From Callorhinchus milii (lineage: Eukaryota): a stretch of DNA of 64,000 nucleotides. A program made the translations under genes and the position numbers. Where the stretch lies: assembly GCF_018977255.1 (NCBI RefSeq), contig NW_024704743.1, forward strand, positions 33,048,001 through 33,112,000. Reading direction: 5' to 3'. The notes below the pieces were generated by a model. That model ran no database searches. It saw only the letters and a program-made list of their open reading frames with translations, and had not been told where the DNA came from. This document shows, in pieces, positions 12,722 through 26,070 of this stretch. Position 1 is the first letter of the stretch, and each line of letters begins with the position of its first letter.

Positions 12722-15138
12722 TTAAATATGAGCACATCAATGCAAAGCTTGGGGTTTGCTTCCCTTGGACAAGGTAAAAGCTGACCATGATAATACAAGG
12801 GGAGGAAGAGGACGGGGGAGGGAAGTTAAATCTAATAAAAAAGGAATTATGATTTTTTTTAGTTTGGGTAATTACTGATCTGCGAGTCAGTAACAAGATG
12901 GAATAAATTGAGGATGATCACTTGGAGATAAAAGGTCAAAAGAAATTTTTATATTTTATCTTCCAAAGGATTGTTAGAATGTAGAATGTTTTATTTATTT
13001 TATGTCTGCTGAAGCTGAGTTATAACATCACCTTAAAGGGAACTGGATAAATACTGAAAAATATTAATAGGAACTGGGAAAGCAGTGGACTGAGATTAGA
13101 GCAGATTGCTCTAGTGGAAGAGCTTGTACCAACACAGAGACGATGGGCTGAATGTTGGTGTACTGTGCTGTACTTCCTGGATTCTATTTTTTGAATAAAC
13201 ACTACACTTAAAACAGAAGCTGATGCTAACCAGTCTGATGGTCCAAGAAAATATAAATTATTATGATTGGCAAACAGGATCTTTGGGCTTAAATATAGCA
13301 ATGAACCAACTTGCTTCATGGATCACCAAGGTAAGGAAATGCAAGAATGTCACTATGTCACACTATGTATGATCTGACAACTCAAATGTCAGCCTTTTTC
13401 TAGTGTGGAAAACTGTCTTGTTGGAATCAAAACTGTCTCATATGTACCGTGCTACTGATAAGCATAAGACCACAGTTACAAGTGAGGCAGTGCTATTTGG
13501 AGACTGTTATATGGTTCACTTGTATTTTGTTGTATTGTATTTAAATATTTTGGTACATTTTACAGAAGGTACATGTTCAAGACACACTGAGTTTTACCGC
13601 TGAAGATATCCTCTTCCATTAAACGGGCATTTTCTTCTACTTGCACTCCCACTTAACGGTGCAAGGAGGCATTAAAAATGCATGCATTTAGCTCAGGCAG
13701 GATGCATTTCATATGCATGATTATGTTTTTTATTCCAAAATTAGAATAGGAAGCACTTATTTGAGTGTTGTTTGTTGGTTTAACTAATGGGTAAAACAGT
13801 TCAATTTTCTACAGCCCATGTTATGACTAAAACATACTGCATGTCGACAGTGTTAGAAAAATATCACCACACTGTAGATTTGGGACCTTGAGTAGAATGT
13901 GTATTTTGTGAGCAAAACACCTAGAGGCTGCCAAGCTTTGAAAATGACCTACAGTATCTATTACTGTTCAGTGAATAACATCAGTCCCTCTACACAGAAG
14001 CACTATGATTGTTCATAGTAAGGTAGGAAAGCTCATTCATGGGTAGAAATTTGAAAACTTTTAAACTATTAGTGGATTTGAAGACTCTGTCCTAATCCCT
14101 TCTGCTAATAAGATTAGATCAAATCCGTTGCTCCCAGTGTACAACCTTGCGTGAAATAACAGAAAACAAAATTATAATCTGAAAGCAAACTGCTCACTGT
14201 AGTGAAATTTGATTAACAAATCTCAGGAGTCACTTTGCATTTACATTGCCCTGTATCACCGACACGGGGGATTACTAGTCAGAACTTTGCACTCAAGCGA
14301 TTGAGAGTCTCTGAATAGAATTGAGAAAATGGTAATCAAAAAAACACCATTTTTAAATGTTTTTTTTAATCAATTTAATGTTTAAATGCCATCTTGCATT
14401 TCAACTCTTTACACGCTGGTAAATGAATCCCAAAATAGCTTTGTCTGTGCTGATATCATGGTACCTGCAATGAGTCATAATTACAATAAATTTCACAATT
14501 TTTATCATTTATAATTAACTTACAGGCTTACAGAGCATAATATTACTAATTATTCTTACATTTGATGTAGTGCCTCATTATGCCATTGATATGTCTCAAA
14601 ATTCACAGGATTTTACTGTAAAGTGTATTTGCTGGTAAACGCGGAACCAATTTACACATGCAATGTCACACAAAGGTATGATGTGAATGAACAACTTTTA
14701 ACTGGGGGATTGTTGGCCTGGACACTTAGAAGAACCCCTCTCTCTTTTCAAACAAGTGCTATGAGATCTTTAGCACAAAAATATATTAAATAGTATTTTT
14801 TGTCAGTTTCAAGTTCTGTAGCTTCCTTTGTTGGACAAAGCACCACCCAACCACATTGAATTATAATGAAGTTTATTTTGAAGCTAATCCCAAAGTATTG
14901 AAAAAGCTACTTATTAAAGGTGGCACAATATGCAAAGTCACATGGCTTTCCCATTTAACAGCAGATGGCACCCAACCTCAATGGCACCAATGGCACATTA
15001 CAGAAATGCTCTGCCTTAAGTGGCCTTCGGGAAATAGGTTTTCTACACACCTCTCAGGAACAATGATGCCAATCCAGCTAAAAAAGACTTGGGAGACATA
15101 ATCACTACAACAGGGACAATGCATGAAACGGACATCTT

Positions 15139-15163
15139 TTATTATTATTATTATTATTATTAT
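15139..15163. repeat. (TTA)n microsatellite directly beside the exon-11 donor
   Basis: Run of tta repeats ending about 7 nt from the exon boundary at 15171. Confidence 0.9.
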
Positions 15164-15170
15164 CATCTAC

Positions 15171-15265
15171 CTCTGTCCTCCAGTTGGTTATTGGCAAGGT
15201 TGATTGTGTGAAGTCCTGAACTGGAATTATGCGCTAGGGCACCGGCCAATTTCTGTGCAAAATCC
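15171..15265 (-). CDS. CARMIL1: CARMIL1 exon (human exon 11 equivalent), [31 protein letters not shown](G)
   Basis: 95 nt; acceptor TCCAG, donor GTAGAT; visible in ORF 15163..15408; LRR. Confidence 0.96.
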
Positions 15266-16977
15266 CTGGATGGGAAAAATAGAGATAAAAGCATTAAGAG
15301 ATGGGTTGCCAAACAGCGGTAAAAAACTACAGTAAGTACCGCACTGAATTTGAAATAAATGAGTTGAAGGACAGTACCCGTGTATGTGAATAATCCACCC
15401 AAACGCAATGATATAGCACCTCAAATTCAACTTCATCTACAACCATATACCTGCTCCTTCCCTCAGTAACATGTCAGTCACAGGCTTGTGTCTACCAGGG
15501 ATTGATCACATCATTGGCCTTCTTTACTCAAGTGAAAGTGAGAGACCTGATTATTAAAAAATGCAGTTCGATTGGTAGTTACATCACCTATACAGAAACC
15601 TACCAAAATAAGCCCTAAGAATGGTCACATCATGTAGGTCTAACCATGACCAATCTGATGTGGCTCAAGGTGTAAATTAAGGAAAGAGCAGAGCTGTGCA
15701 GTGATTATGCTGCACTTCTGTATTCAGAAACAAAGGAATGACCAAACCACTCACACAATTACATGCATGAGACCAGTTAGGACCGAAAGGCAAAAAAGAA
15801 ATGCTGAAAGGCAAAAAAAAAAATCCCACAACTTTTTTTTGAACACTGGTTTCTATCCCAAAGGTCTTTCTGACTACATTCCCCTTCAGAGTCTAGCTAA
15901 TTAACATGCAGTAGCTACTGGTTCAAGTGAGAAAAATCTGTGTCTGTACAAAGAACCAATTTTTTGTGATCTATGTTTTGTGGCTTCAAATAATTCACAT
16001 AAGAAAACAGTCAGTGATGTTTCGTACATCGTATAAAATGTTCTTCCACAAATTCATTCAAACTTTGGTTTATTGCAAAACTAAACTCAATGTCTCATCC
16101 CTATTTTTTGGGAACAATTGCTTGTTGCTGCTGATGGCAAATTTGGTATGAAATGAATATTCCACAGAAAGGCTCATGAATGCAATTTTGTCTTCCATTA
16201 GGAACAGCAATATAATACACTTAGTTTTTTTTAACACATATACATCTCAAATCGTCCTAGCAAGACAGATTTTTAATATTCCAAGAGCTTCCAGTAACTG
16301 TACATCTTCATACTGAAATGCCCTTGGATACAAGTCCTCCAAGTTTTATTTTTGAAGTCCTCAAAATTTTATTATGAAATTAATCCTGGCTTAGAGCTGC
16401 TTTAAGCACTCCAGGACGCTACCCCGCGTAAAGGGCGCTACGTAAATGCAAACTGTTGTTGCCTTTGAAGACTTTGCATGAAAAGTACAAAAATAATGTC
16501 TTATTAAGAGAGCCTAGTACTCTCAACATCAAACTTATTCAGAGCTCAGCTCACCAATGAATGTGTAAAGTTTAAGGACTCATTATCAAGAAGTTCAACA
16601 TCATTTGAGTCCTTTAGCACTCCAAATGTAAATGCAGAGACATGGTAATCCCTGTGACTGTCCAGACACTCAAGGCAACTATTAAGATATTAAATAAAAT
16701 TCCTCCCTGCCTCCTTGAACTTTTAAAGCCCTCCTCAACACCTGACTGTGCTTCTGGTCATCTTGCCCGCCACTCCTCAGACGCTCCCAAATCTGGGTAT
16801 CCAGCCAGCTGTGTAAAGCGCTATGAGATGTCATCCTAACGTAAAAGGCTCTATATAAATTTCTTGTATTAAGTTGTAATTGGGGCTTATTTGCGACTTT
16901 GTAGCTCCCAAGGAAAAGCTTGCAAATACAAATTCTGGGAAGGAAGCTACCCCTTTAAAAAAAGCAAATGTACTTAC

Positions 16978-17066
16978 GTTTTGAGTCCTGCATTTTCCAG
17001 CACCAACTCCTCTAAACGTGTGGATCTGGCAACAACTCGTAGAATTTGGTCACAAACATCTGTGGA
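16978..17066 (-). CDS. CARMIL1: CARMIL1 exon (human exon 10 equivalent), [29 protein letters not shown](T)
   Basis: 89 nt; acceptor TTTTAG, donor GTAAGT; LRR motif [11 protein letters not shown]. Confidence 0.96.
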
Positions 17067-17351
17067 CTAAAATTGTTTAGAAAATGAAATCTGCCTGCAG
17101 CAAAAACACATGCTGGAGCAGCGACAGACCTGACTCTGCAACAAATGGTTTCCAGCTATTGAAGGCCAAAAGTAAGTCACAACTTTTATTATAGTTGGCC
17201 TCTTTTATTACAGATGGTCCAAATCCCTGATTGTCCAGCACCTTGGGACATCCTCCCAGCGTCAAATGTAATTTGTTGTTGTTGTTGCCTGAGACAGCAG
17301 GAGTGCTGGCACCCTAGATGCGCAGTGTGAAAGTGTTACAAATTTACTTAC

Positions 17352-17427
17352 CAATTTAAGATCCTTAGAGGAGAGTTTTGTGAACCACTGGTTGTACTCA
17401 AGAGCAGCAACAATTGGTATCAAATCT
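17352..17427 (-). CDS. CARMIL1: CARMIL1 exon (human exon 9 equivalent), [25 protein letters not shown]
   Basis: 76 nt; acceptor TTTTAG, donor GTAAGT; phase 2/0. Confidence 0.97.
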
Positions 17428-18145
17428 CTAAAAGGCAAAAAGAGACATTACTTTACTTTGAATTATTGTAATTCAGATGCTGAACCCTGCTTCTTTAAAT
17501 AATTGACAGTAAACAGATCTAATGCACCCGAAAGAGCTTGTCGCATAATGGATTAACTTGTGATATTTCTTAAATGGATTCTGTTAATCTGCAGGAAATC
17601 TGTTCTGAGAGTGAATTGTGTCACAGTCGATCTCCTGTGGCCTGGAATGAAGAACGTCTGGAATCGCTGTTTGCACAACTCAGATTCCTTATGAAATAAT
17701 TTCATTAGGAAATACCCCAACTTTATATTTAGAACCCCATATTTTAGATAAGGGCAGTTAATGGAACATACCAAATCAAACAGGCTGCAGGATTTTCCAG
17801 TTTCATCCACTTGACCAAAAACAATGGTCTAGGAAGCCTGATTATTTTTTACAAATACAATCTTTGCATTTTGTCAGGTCTCACTGATCAGTCCCATCAT
17901 TCTTTTAAATTAAACATTCTTTTAAATTCCAGCTTGCTGGTGGAATAGTTGGATGAGATCAAACGACCTGGCGTTTAATCACCTAAATCTCAAGTGATTT
18001 CTTTCAAAACTTTTTAGCACCATTCTGTATGGGTTTGCAACTAAATTAAGAGTCAGCCAACAACAATGGCAAAGCAGCTTTAAGCGATCACTGAGAAAGC
18101 AATTACAAAGCAAAGTGAATGGACCCAGTGTAACATTTGCATTTA

Positions 18146-18244
<99 letters not shown>

Positions 18245-18425
18245 TCAGGATCAAATAGATTTGTTATTCAGTCTGTAATCAGCAGATATGAACCATTTTT
18301 AAAAAAATGTATATATAAATGATTCTACAAAGTAGGACATACAGGGAAACTTTATAACCTGGTGGCTGTGCCTAAAGTCTCAGGGACTTCATTATAAAGA
18401 TGAAAAAAAATCAGAATTCCAGATA

Positions 18426-18656
18426 GTCACATCGCTGCTAACATCACTTCCTGCATGCTCCACATATGTGCAAGAAGTGCAGCTGATGGCATTTCCTATG
18501 TGCATTCATGCTACATGGAGGAAGTGCCACTCATGTCACTTTCTTTGTGAAGCGACATCAATTGCACATAACCAACACGCAGAAAGTGATGTTGGTGGCA
18601 CTCCCTGCACACAGTGTCCACGCACACATTCAGAATGTGACATCAGTGGCAACCTA
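18426..18656. mobile_element. Foldback/MITE-like element with nested inverted repeats
   Basis: aacatcacttcctgc (18440) is inverted to gcagaaagtgatgtt (18579); repeated cacttcct/aggaagtg modules; ends in tggcaaccta. Confidence 0.45.
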
Positions 18657-19008
18657 ACAACTTGAAGCCAGACAATATTCAATACGGGAAACCGACTAAC
18701 CAATGCAGAAGGTGTGTGTTCCACGCTTCCGGTTACCACGGATCTTTGATAAACTCACACTCAAAGGCTATAATGGCTTATTTGTGCATAATTTATTCTT
18801 CTAAGATCTTCAAAATTTTTGCCAATTTTTCCAATCTTTAACCAAAATCACCCATTTTCAGTCTTGCCAACAGCAGAAATGTGTAACATCACATAATTAT
18901 TTTTCCCATTTGCTTTATCCTTTGAACTGTAATATTGCCAGCTTTTTAATCTTATTTCATGCAAAAATGGTACTGCAATCTTTAAAGTGTTTTGGAAGGT
19001 GAGCTTAC

Positions 19009-19079
19009 CCACTGCACTTCCTCCCTATACGGCAGCCCAAGCCAGTCACAGACAAAGGCATAGACCTGGGAGAACCCAC
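19009..19079 (-). CDS. CARMIL1: CARMIL1 exon (human exon 7 equivalent), [23 protein letters not shown]
   Basis: 71 nt; acceptor TTCCAG, donor GTAAGC; phase 1/0; contains the CARMIL linker motif YREEVQW. Confidence 0.96.
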
Positions 19080-19354
19080 CTGGAATCAACACAAAGGGGT
19101 TTAAATACAAAAACTGAAATCTGATTCTATCCAAATTAAAAACGAATAACACTACAATTAGTACTGTTTATATGCAACACAAAACAACAACAAATTGTAT
19201 TCATATAGTACTGGGAGGACATCCTGAGGTGCTTGATAGTTGAGAGTTTGCATCCAAGCTGGGGGTTGGGTGCAAACTCCTTGATTTCTGACCAATTCAA
19301 CAAAAGTTACACATCAAGCCCTTGGGACGGCATTTAGCAACAGGAAAAATGATG

Positions 19355-19755
19355 AAAATGCTTGGATTTGATATAACACGTTTTATGTCAGGTAATGTTT
19401 CAAATCGCTTCACAGGATATACTGTAAATTACAATCATTGTATATTTTTATAGGTAGTTATTTTTGCACACAATGTCACACAAACAGCCAAAAAGTGAAT
19501 TTTAGCTGGGAGATTGTTGGCCAGGATACTAGGAGAAACTTCCTTCTCTTTTCAAATACTGCCATGGGATCTTAAGATTCACTTGAGCAGATGGACGGGA
19601 CCTTGGTTTAATGTCTCATCTAAAGTATGACACCTCTGACAATGCAGCACTGTATTGGAGTTTCAGCCTAGACTGATTTCAAAGTCCTGCCATTGGGATT
19701 GAGCCCACAGCCTGACACTGAAGTGAGAGTGCCATCAACTGAGCTAGGCTGATAC
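19355..19755 (-). mobile_element. Deu-domain SINE (tRNA head, Deu core, L2-type tail)
   Basis: Reverse complement contains gatgagacattaaaccaaggtcccgtcc..atcccatggca, the core shared by DeuSINEs (AmnSINE1/SINE3/SacSINE1 class). Confidence 0.75.
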
Positions 19756-20679
19756 CTAAACGTGCCACCCTCATCAGATAATCCATTAATAATAAGTAGC
19801 AATAATTCTTGCAGTTGATATAGCATCTATATCAGCAACACCTCTCAATGTGCTTGAAGGAAACAGCCATGAAGTGAATGACCGATTTTTTGGATGACTC
19901 TTTTCAATCGTGTTATAGGATCTAATGTCAACTTGAACAGAAATTCTCAGTTAAATGTCTCATCCGAAGAACGGCACCTCCAAAAACTGCACGAGTGTCA
20001 GCCGAGAATGTAAGCTCAACAATGTTCCAATGTGTGGTTTGAACATAGAAACACCTGACTCAATGCAAACAACTGAACAAAGCTGGCGCGTGTTCATCTA
20101 AAGAGCAGCAAAGAGTATAATTTTATAGAATGTCAAAATTACGTTTGCGTATTCGCAAAAGGGGCCAGGCCTGCCACTTAGTGTGGATAATTAGCTCTCT
20201 ATTACTATTTAAATCAAATCAGTCACTATAGTCTACAGCAGGCAAGAAGTAATAAAAAAGTTGACGAATTGAGGACAATGGATAGTACTCAATTGTTTTC
20301 GCCTCTGGAGCTTGGATTCAGGCCACACTAATGGAATGCAAGGTTTCCGAGTGTCCTGGTTGCATCAGTCCCAGGCTAACGGCATTGGGGTAGTTTCTTT
20401 AAGTCCCGACTCTCAAGTTTCTAATGAGTGCCTCCAAGTTAGCATTAAATTGATAATATCATTTAGAGGGATCACAATAATTTAGAGGGATAATTAGAGG
20501 GATCGTTTCAAAATTACTATGATGCAAAATCATTTAAACAGATTGTTTGCTACAAGACTCAGTCAGCAAGCCCCGAGAAATGTGTCTCATAAAACAAACA
20601 TGAGTAGAATGAAGAAATAGCCACTCAGCCAAGCAAATCTGTTTCTTCCAATGTATCGTGTAAAATTTAAGCAAGTTAT

Positions 20680-20956
20680 GTGGTTTTAGCTGATTACACC
20701 CAACAGTACTCCAATGCACACCCTAGGATCCCCAAGTCCTAGCTCCCTCCAACCTGGGTGAATTAATCTCTGGAATTAATAAGCAGAGTGTATCTTTCTT
20801 CCATTTCCTGTGCCTTCCACCCACAAGTCCACATTCCATTCCAGACATAAGAAATTTCTGTGAGCAGATGGCATAGCTGCGCAAAACTCTGTCTGTTTTG
20901 GAGACGCTTAAGCATGGTGATGGCTTTCCTGATGTGTTAGACAGCTGGGCTAACCA
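20680..20956 (+). mobile_element. Unclassified ~600-bp family X, partial copy
   Basis: cttaagcatggtgatggctttcctgatgtgttagacagctgggctaacca plus an A-rich tail; reverse complement aligns with 27136..27400. Confidence 0.75.
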
Positions 20957-21193
20957 GAAAAAATAGACATAGCATTCCTTAAAAAATGTCAAAATCGTTA
21001 GACATCACACCACAGTTCCCAGAGCTACCTCTCAAAGCGATAATCTCACTTCCAATCTCTCCGTTTTGACCAAGCAGTGAATCACAATGAAGTTTTTTTT
21101 TTTAAAAATTGGGTTCATTACAGCTTGCAATACTTTTCATCTCTATTTTATTTTAAAACAAATCTTCCCCAAATTTGAATGAATTTCACCCAC

Positions 21194-21291
21194 CACAAGG
21201 TCCTGGTTCTGCAACGTTCTGACCATCCCACATTGCTTGCAAAGCAGCGAGTCGCTCTGAAGGCTCCATCGTCACCTTCTTCATTATCTTC
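21194..21291 (-). CDS. CARMIL1: CARMIL1 exon (human exon 6 equivalent), [32 protein letters not shown](G)
   Basis: 98 nt; acceptor AACAG, donor GTGGGT; phase 2/1; visible in ORF 21186..21389; near-identical to human [33 protein letters not shown]. Confidence 0.96.
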
Positions 21292-22574
21292 CTGTTCGTA
21301 TCAAAAAAAAATGAACAGAGAGTAACTGACTTGCGATAGTATTCAGAGGAGACAGCAAAGTTACAGGTTTTACAAAAAGATAATTCCAAGAATCAGAAAT
21401 GACAATCACTGAAATTGCAGAATATGAGAAGTCATTTTGTCCCTTTGAACCTAAACTTATTCTCTTCCCCACTTCTCAAACACAAATTTTGTCTTCAGTC
21501 TGCTTTGAATTACTTCATAATTTCTGCTGTGTGCAGAAAATACTGTTGAGGTACAGATTGTTGCATCCAACAGCACTTGTGTACAGCCACATAATTGGTT
21601 TTGCTCCACTGGGAGAATCTACTTTGTTCCTCGAAGCTCCAATTCAATTTACTAAACTGTCCCGATCACAAAACATGTGCACCTAATGCAATTTGGAAGT
21701 CGGATATTGTTTTAGTGGGAGAAAGTTTAACGTCTCATCTGAAGGTGGGTGCCTCTAACAATGCACCACTGTAATAATGATAATCCTTGCATTTGATACA
21801 GCGCCTTATCACATCTTCGAGACGTCTCAAAGCGCTTTACAGAAATACTGTAAAGTGTAGTGACTGAATGTTTTGTAGGTGAAACACAGCAGTGCCCCAC
21901 TGTACTGGTGTGTCAGCATAGACTATATGGATTCCAAGTCCCAATGTGGCGCTTGAGGTGAGAGTGCAACCAACTGAGCCAGGCTGACACACAAGGCTCC
22001 ATTGTAATTTTAGCTTTCGTCTATGAATGTTTTCACTGGGCAAGAGAGTGGGTGGATGGTGTAAGAGGAGAAATTGTCCTTTTTCTAAAAAAAATCTTGG
22101 GACACTGAATCAATTATATACTTGGGGAGTAAGAACAAGCTAGTAATGTAAAATGATTCATGGATGATTGTTCCTGCTGGCAGCTAATTAAGGCAGAAGC
22201 CTAGTGAAATGCTGATCCACCATAATTACCTAACGAAGAGTGTGTTGGAGATCTAAAGAGGAAATGTTCATTAAAGAACATTACATCAGTATCCAACTTA
22301 ATAATAATCCTTGTATTTTTTATAGAACCGTATAACATCCAAATGTCTCAAAGTTATTCACAGAGCTTTTCTGTAAAGTGTGGAGGCTATATACGTAGCT
22401 GAACTCAACAATCAATTTGCACTGAGCAAGATCCCACAGATCAAAACAGCTCTAAGTGTTTTTTTTTTAATCTGGGGAATTATTGGACAGGATATCGTGA
22501 GATACTCGATTCTCTTTTCAAATAGTGCCATGGAGTCTTTTGCACTCACCTGCACAGACAGACGGACCTCAATT

Positions 22575-22980
22575 TAACAACAACAAAATTACATTTATAG
22601 AGCGCCTTTCATGTCGGGAGGACGTCCCAAAGCGCTGAATAGTCGAAATGGGGGAGGGGTGGTGTAGGGGTGAGGGAAGGCAGAGAGGTGGGAGGGAGAC
22701 CAAAAGCACGGTCGAAGAAGGGTCTTGAAACCGGCCTTGAAGGAGGCAAGGGAGGAAGTGAGGCAAAGGGACCGTGAGATGGAGTTCCAGAGTGTGGGGG
22801 CAGAGAGCTGAAAGCCCGGCCACCGATGGTAGGGTGGGTCGGGAGACATGGAGCAGGCCGGAGCCCGATGAATGGAGAGAGCGGGCAGGTTGGTAGGGAG
22901 GACGTCAACTGAAGGAAAGCACTCTGGGATGCTACCCCATGTGAAGGGTGCTATATAAATGCAAGCTGTTGTTGTTGTTG
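22575..22980. mobile_element. Minus-strand L2 3' fragment joined back-to-back to a plus-strand L2 tail, inside a Deu-SINE
   Basis: ORFs 22569..22823 and 22609..22908 carry L2 motifs; a (caa)n/(ttg)n tail at each end; ggacctc at 22564 and 22985. Confidence 0.8.
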
Positions 22981-23537
22981 GATAGGACCTCGGCAATGTA
23001 GCACACTTCCAGCACTTCATTGGAATGTCAGCACACAAGTCCAAAGTCCTTACGTGGAGCTTGAACCCGAAACTTTTGGACTCAGAAGCAATAGCAATAA
23101 TCCTAAACTGGATTTAATGCTCTAATTGTGACTTATTGAGAGGTTCCTAAATAAGGAAACCAGAAGGATACTGCAGTGACTCATAGGAACTCGACTCTGA
23201 CACAATCAACTCTCAAAAAGTTGCGAAGTACTTCCAGTTTCCAGAAAGGGTTCCCTCTCAGACCCTTATTAAGCAATTCTGTTATAAATTTTCACACACC
23301 AGAGCTGAAAATGATGATCCAATTATAATGGCAGGAGCGTTACCAGAATCTGATTTAAAATGGAAATAGGAATGAGAAAGAAAATAAATACAGCAATAAT
23401 AAAGCACTGAATTATATAAATATACATATATATATAAGAAAAATAAACTGGTGTTATTATCCATCCTTCCATTGAAAAACAATAATAGCTTTTCTGAAAA
23501 GTGGCATCAACCTCATGGTCTTGATGGAAGTACCTAC

Positions 23538-23659
23538 AATGGAGAGTGACCAGGAAGCATCTTCTTGAGACAAGATCCCAGAAGTCCCACCACTTCATTC
23601 ACCTCTTCTGAAGACGTTAACTTCAAGGATAAACAGCATCGATCAGCTTCAATGACTAA
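23538..23659 (-). CDS. CARMIL1: CARMIL1 exon (human exon 5 equivalent), LVIEADRCCLSLKLTSSEEVNEVVGLLGSCLKKMLPGHSP(L)
   Basis: 122 nt; acceptor TTTTACAG, donor GTAGGT; phase 0/2; aligns to human [41 protein letters not shown]. Confidence 0.93.
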
Positions 23660-25447
23660 CTGTAAAACATCAAAACAAATTCACAATTTTTCAACTTGCA
23701 TTTATAAAATAATTTCAAAATGTTCTTCAACCCGAAAGTGGCGTCAAACAGCTAAATTGTCAAAATTGCTACAATAAAATTCCTCTCATTTGACATAGAG
23801 CTTCGCAGTGAATTGTTATGTGTATTTGTAGGCAAAATGGCACAAATATTTGCACAAATAACATCAATATCATGAAAACAGCCATGTATTATTGGCCAGG
23901 ATACCAGGTTAAAGTCAGTTTTCTTTTCAATTAGTACCATGGAATCTGAGCAGAAAGAACCTCAGTTTAATGAAAGTTAGCACCTCTGCCAATTAGCACT
24001 TCACCAGCACTGCCAAGATCCTTCCAACTCGTATCAGCCAATTGTCTCTGCACTGGCTAAATCTGCATCATTCACCTTCCCAAGAGCAGAGTTATTCTTA
24101 TCTACCACATCAACACACATACATGTGTGGAGTTCATTCTGGTTTGGAAGTTCGTAACCATGGGAGGTCCTCCCGATGTGAAAGGCGCTATATAAATGTA
24201 GTTTTTATTTCTTTGTTTGATAAGTTTCTGAATAGGTGAGACATCTGGCTGACCAAAAAAATTACTACATCAAAGCAGTATAAGGGGACCTATGGAAGTA
24301 ACCCAGTGTCAGTCATGGTAGAAATGACATTGCAAAGTCCATCACATTGGCGGATTTTCCAAATATTACAAATGTAGTAAATGTTCTACTTTTTATTAAA
24401 CCATAATAATTCTTGCATTGGACTTAGCACATGATCAGGATGCAAACATCTGAAAACAAAGCAGTCACCTTGATAAGAAATGCAGCAACTAATCTGTGCT
24501 CGCAATATCCCACAAACAGTGATGGATAGCAAATTGGTATTTCTTTCATTAATTTAGACAAGGGATCCAAGACACCAGAAGCCCAAAATTCTACCTACTC
24601 TTATCTTGCAAGACCATTTTGTCTAAAGATTTAAGATCACGTGGAATTGTAGAACATTTTTAAATTCAGTCTCAATTTGAAACACGGTTTCTGTAATTCT
24701 TAAAACAAAACAGCTTCCAAATTAAGACTGAATTAAGAATTTTTCACAGTTCTGCATAATCTTAAAATTTAAAGACAACATGGTGTCAAAGGTTAAGTCC
24801 AGGTAAAATTTCAGGCCTCAGGAGAGTCCAATACTTTTACTTCAAAACAGCACCTCAGGCTACCACCTGCTGTTGAACATTGTGTTATGTTCTCAAAAAA
24901 CAATGTGCAGAACACTATTTTATTTCAGCTCACAAGTTACAAATCAAACAATGCAACCAAAAATTACAAATGAAACAGTCCAACTCAGTTCTGTCTGCTT
25001 CTCTACATCCTGATCCCCTTCCATTGGTCCTAGTCAACTGGTCATTATTGTCTTAATGAATATCCAACACAATGCTTCCTGAGCCAATGGAATGGAGCTC
25101 CAGCATTCCAGGTAAGAGTCTCTAAAGGTGATCGTCCAAAGCAGCCCAGCAGGAGCTTGGCGTAGCATTCCATCTGAACCACAACATGTCCAATAAGGGC
25201 AGCACTTCCTCACGTTGATAGCTCGAGTCGCTGCATGCAATTCAGAATGGGACCATTTCGACTCAGAGGTGCAGGGCACCAAGCCAACCAAACTGACACA
25301 AAGAAGAAAGAAAATAAATCCTTTATTTGGAGGTCAGGAGCATTCCTGCAGATGAGCTCACAATTCTGAAGCTACTTTGAAACAGCAACTATTCAGCATG
25401 AATTGCAATCTGTGCTAAGAATAAAGAGCAAACGATGACATACATCC

Positions 25448-26070
25448 TTTGCTCCCCCACATCTGGGCCCTGACCAGCACCGCTTTCTTCCACCTCCGCC
25501 ACATTGCCTGTCTCCGACAATACCTCACCCCAAAAGCTGCCAAAACCCTTGTCCAAGCCTTTGTCACTTCTCGGCTGAACTACACTAACCCGTTCCTCAC
25601 TATTCACAAAACTCACCTCATTCAAAACTCCGCCGTCCGCATTCTCTCCCGCACCAAACTTTGTACCCCGATTACTCCAGTCCTTGGCTCCCTGTCAGAG
25701 CGGATTGACTTCAAAATCCTCACTCCAGTGTTTAAATCCCCCCATTCCTTGGCACCTCCTGTCTCTCTAACCTCTCTCTCCACAGCAGTACCCGCTGCCT
25801 CTTCTCTACTGGGTCCGGCCTCCTCCTTGTCCCCCGAATCCTCCACTCCACCATCGGCGGCTGTGCCTTCAGCCACTATGCCCTGAAACTTTGGTACTCC
25901 CTCCCTCAATCCCTTTGCCTCAATCCTCCTTCCCCATCTTCAGGTCGTGCCTGAAGACTTCCTCTTCAACCATGCCTACGGTCACCTTCTCCTCCCCCTG
26001 GCTCAGCCTCCGCTATTGTTACGCGCTCTGCGACGCTGCCCGGCATGGAGGGTGCTATATAAAGTTGTTG
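25448..26070 (+). mobile_element. L2 LINE 3' fragment (RT C-terminus to tail)
   Basis: ORF 25449..25886 FFHLRHIACLRQYLT..AKTLVQAFVTSRLNY..IQNSAVRIL is typical of L2 ORF2. Confidence 0.9.

Noticed and set aside
20270..20470. LF-SINE-like remnant
   Set aside because: Only short, degenerate resemblance to my recollection of the consensus; cannot be supported without an HMM search
20461..20505. Short tandem units (ttagagggat x3; also gaaaggcaaaaaa x2 at 15786-15820)
   Set aside because: Ordinary slippage duplications
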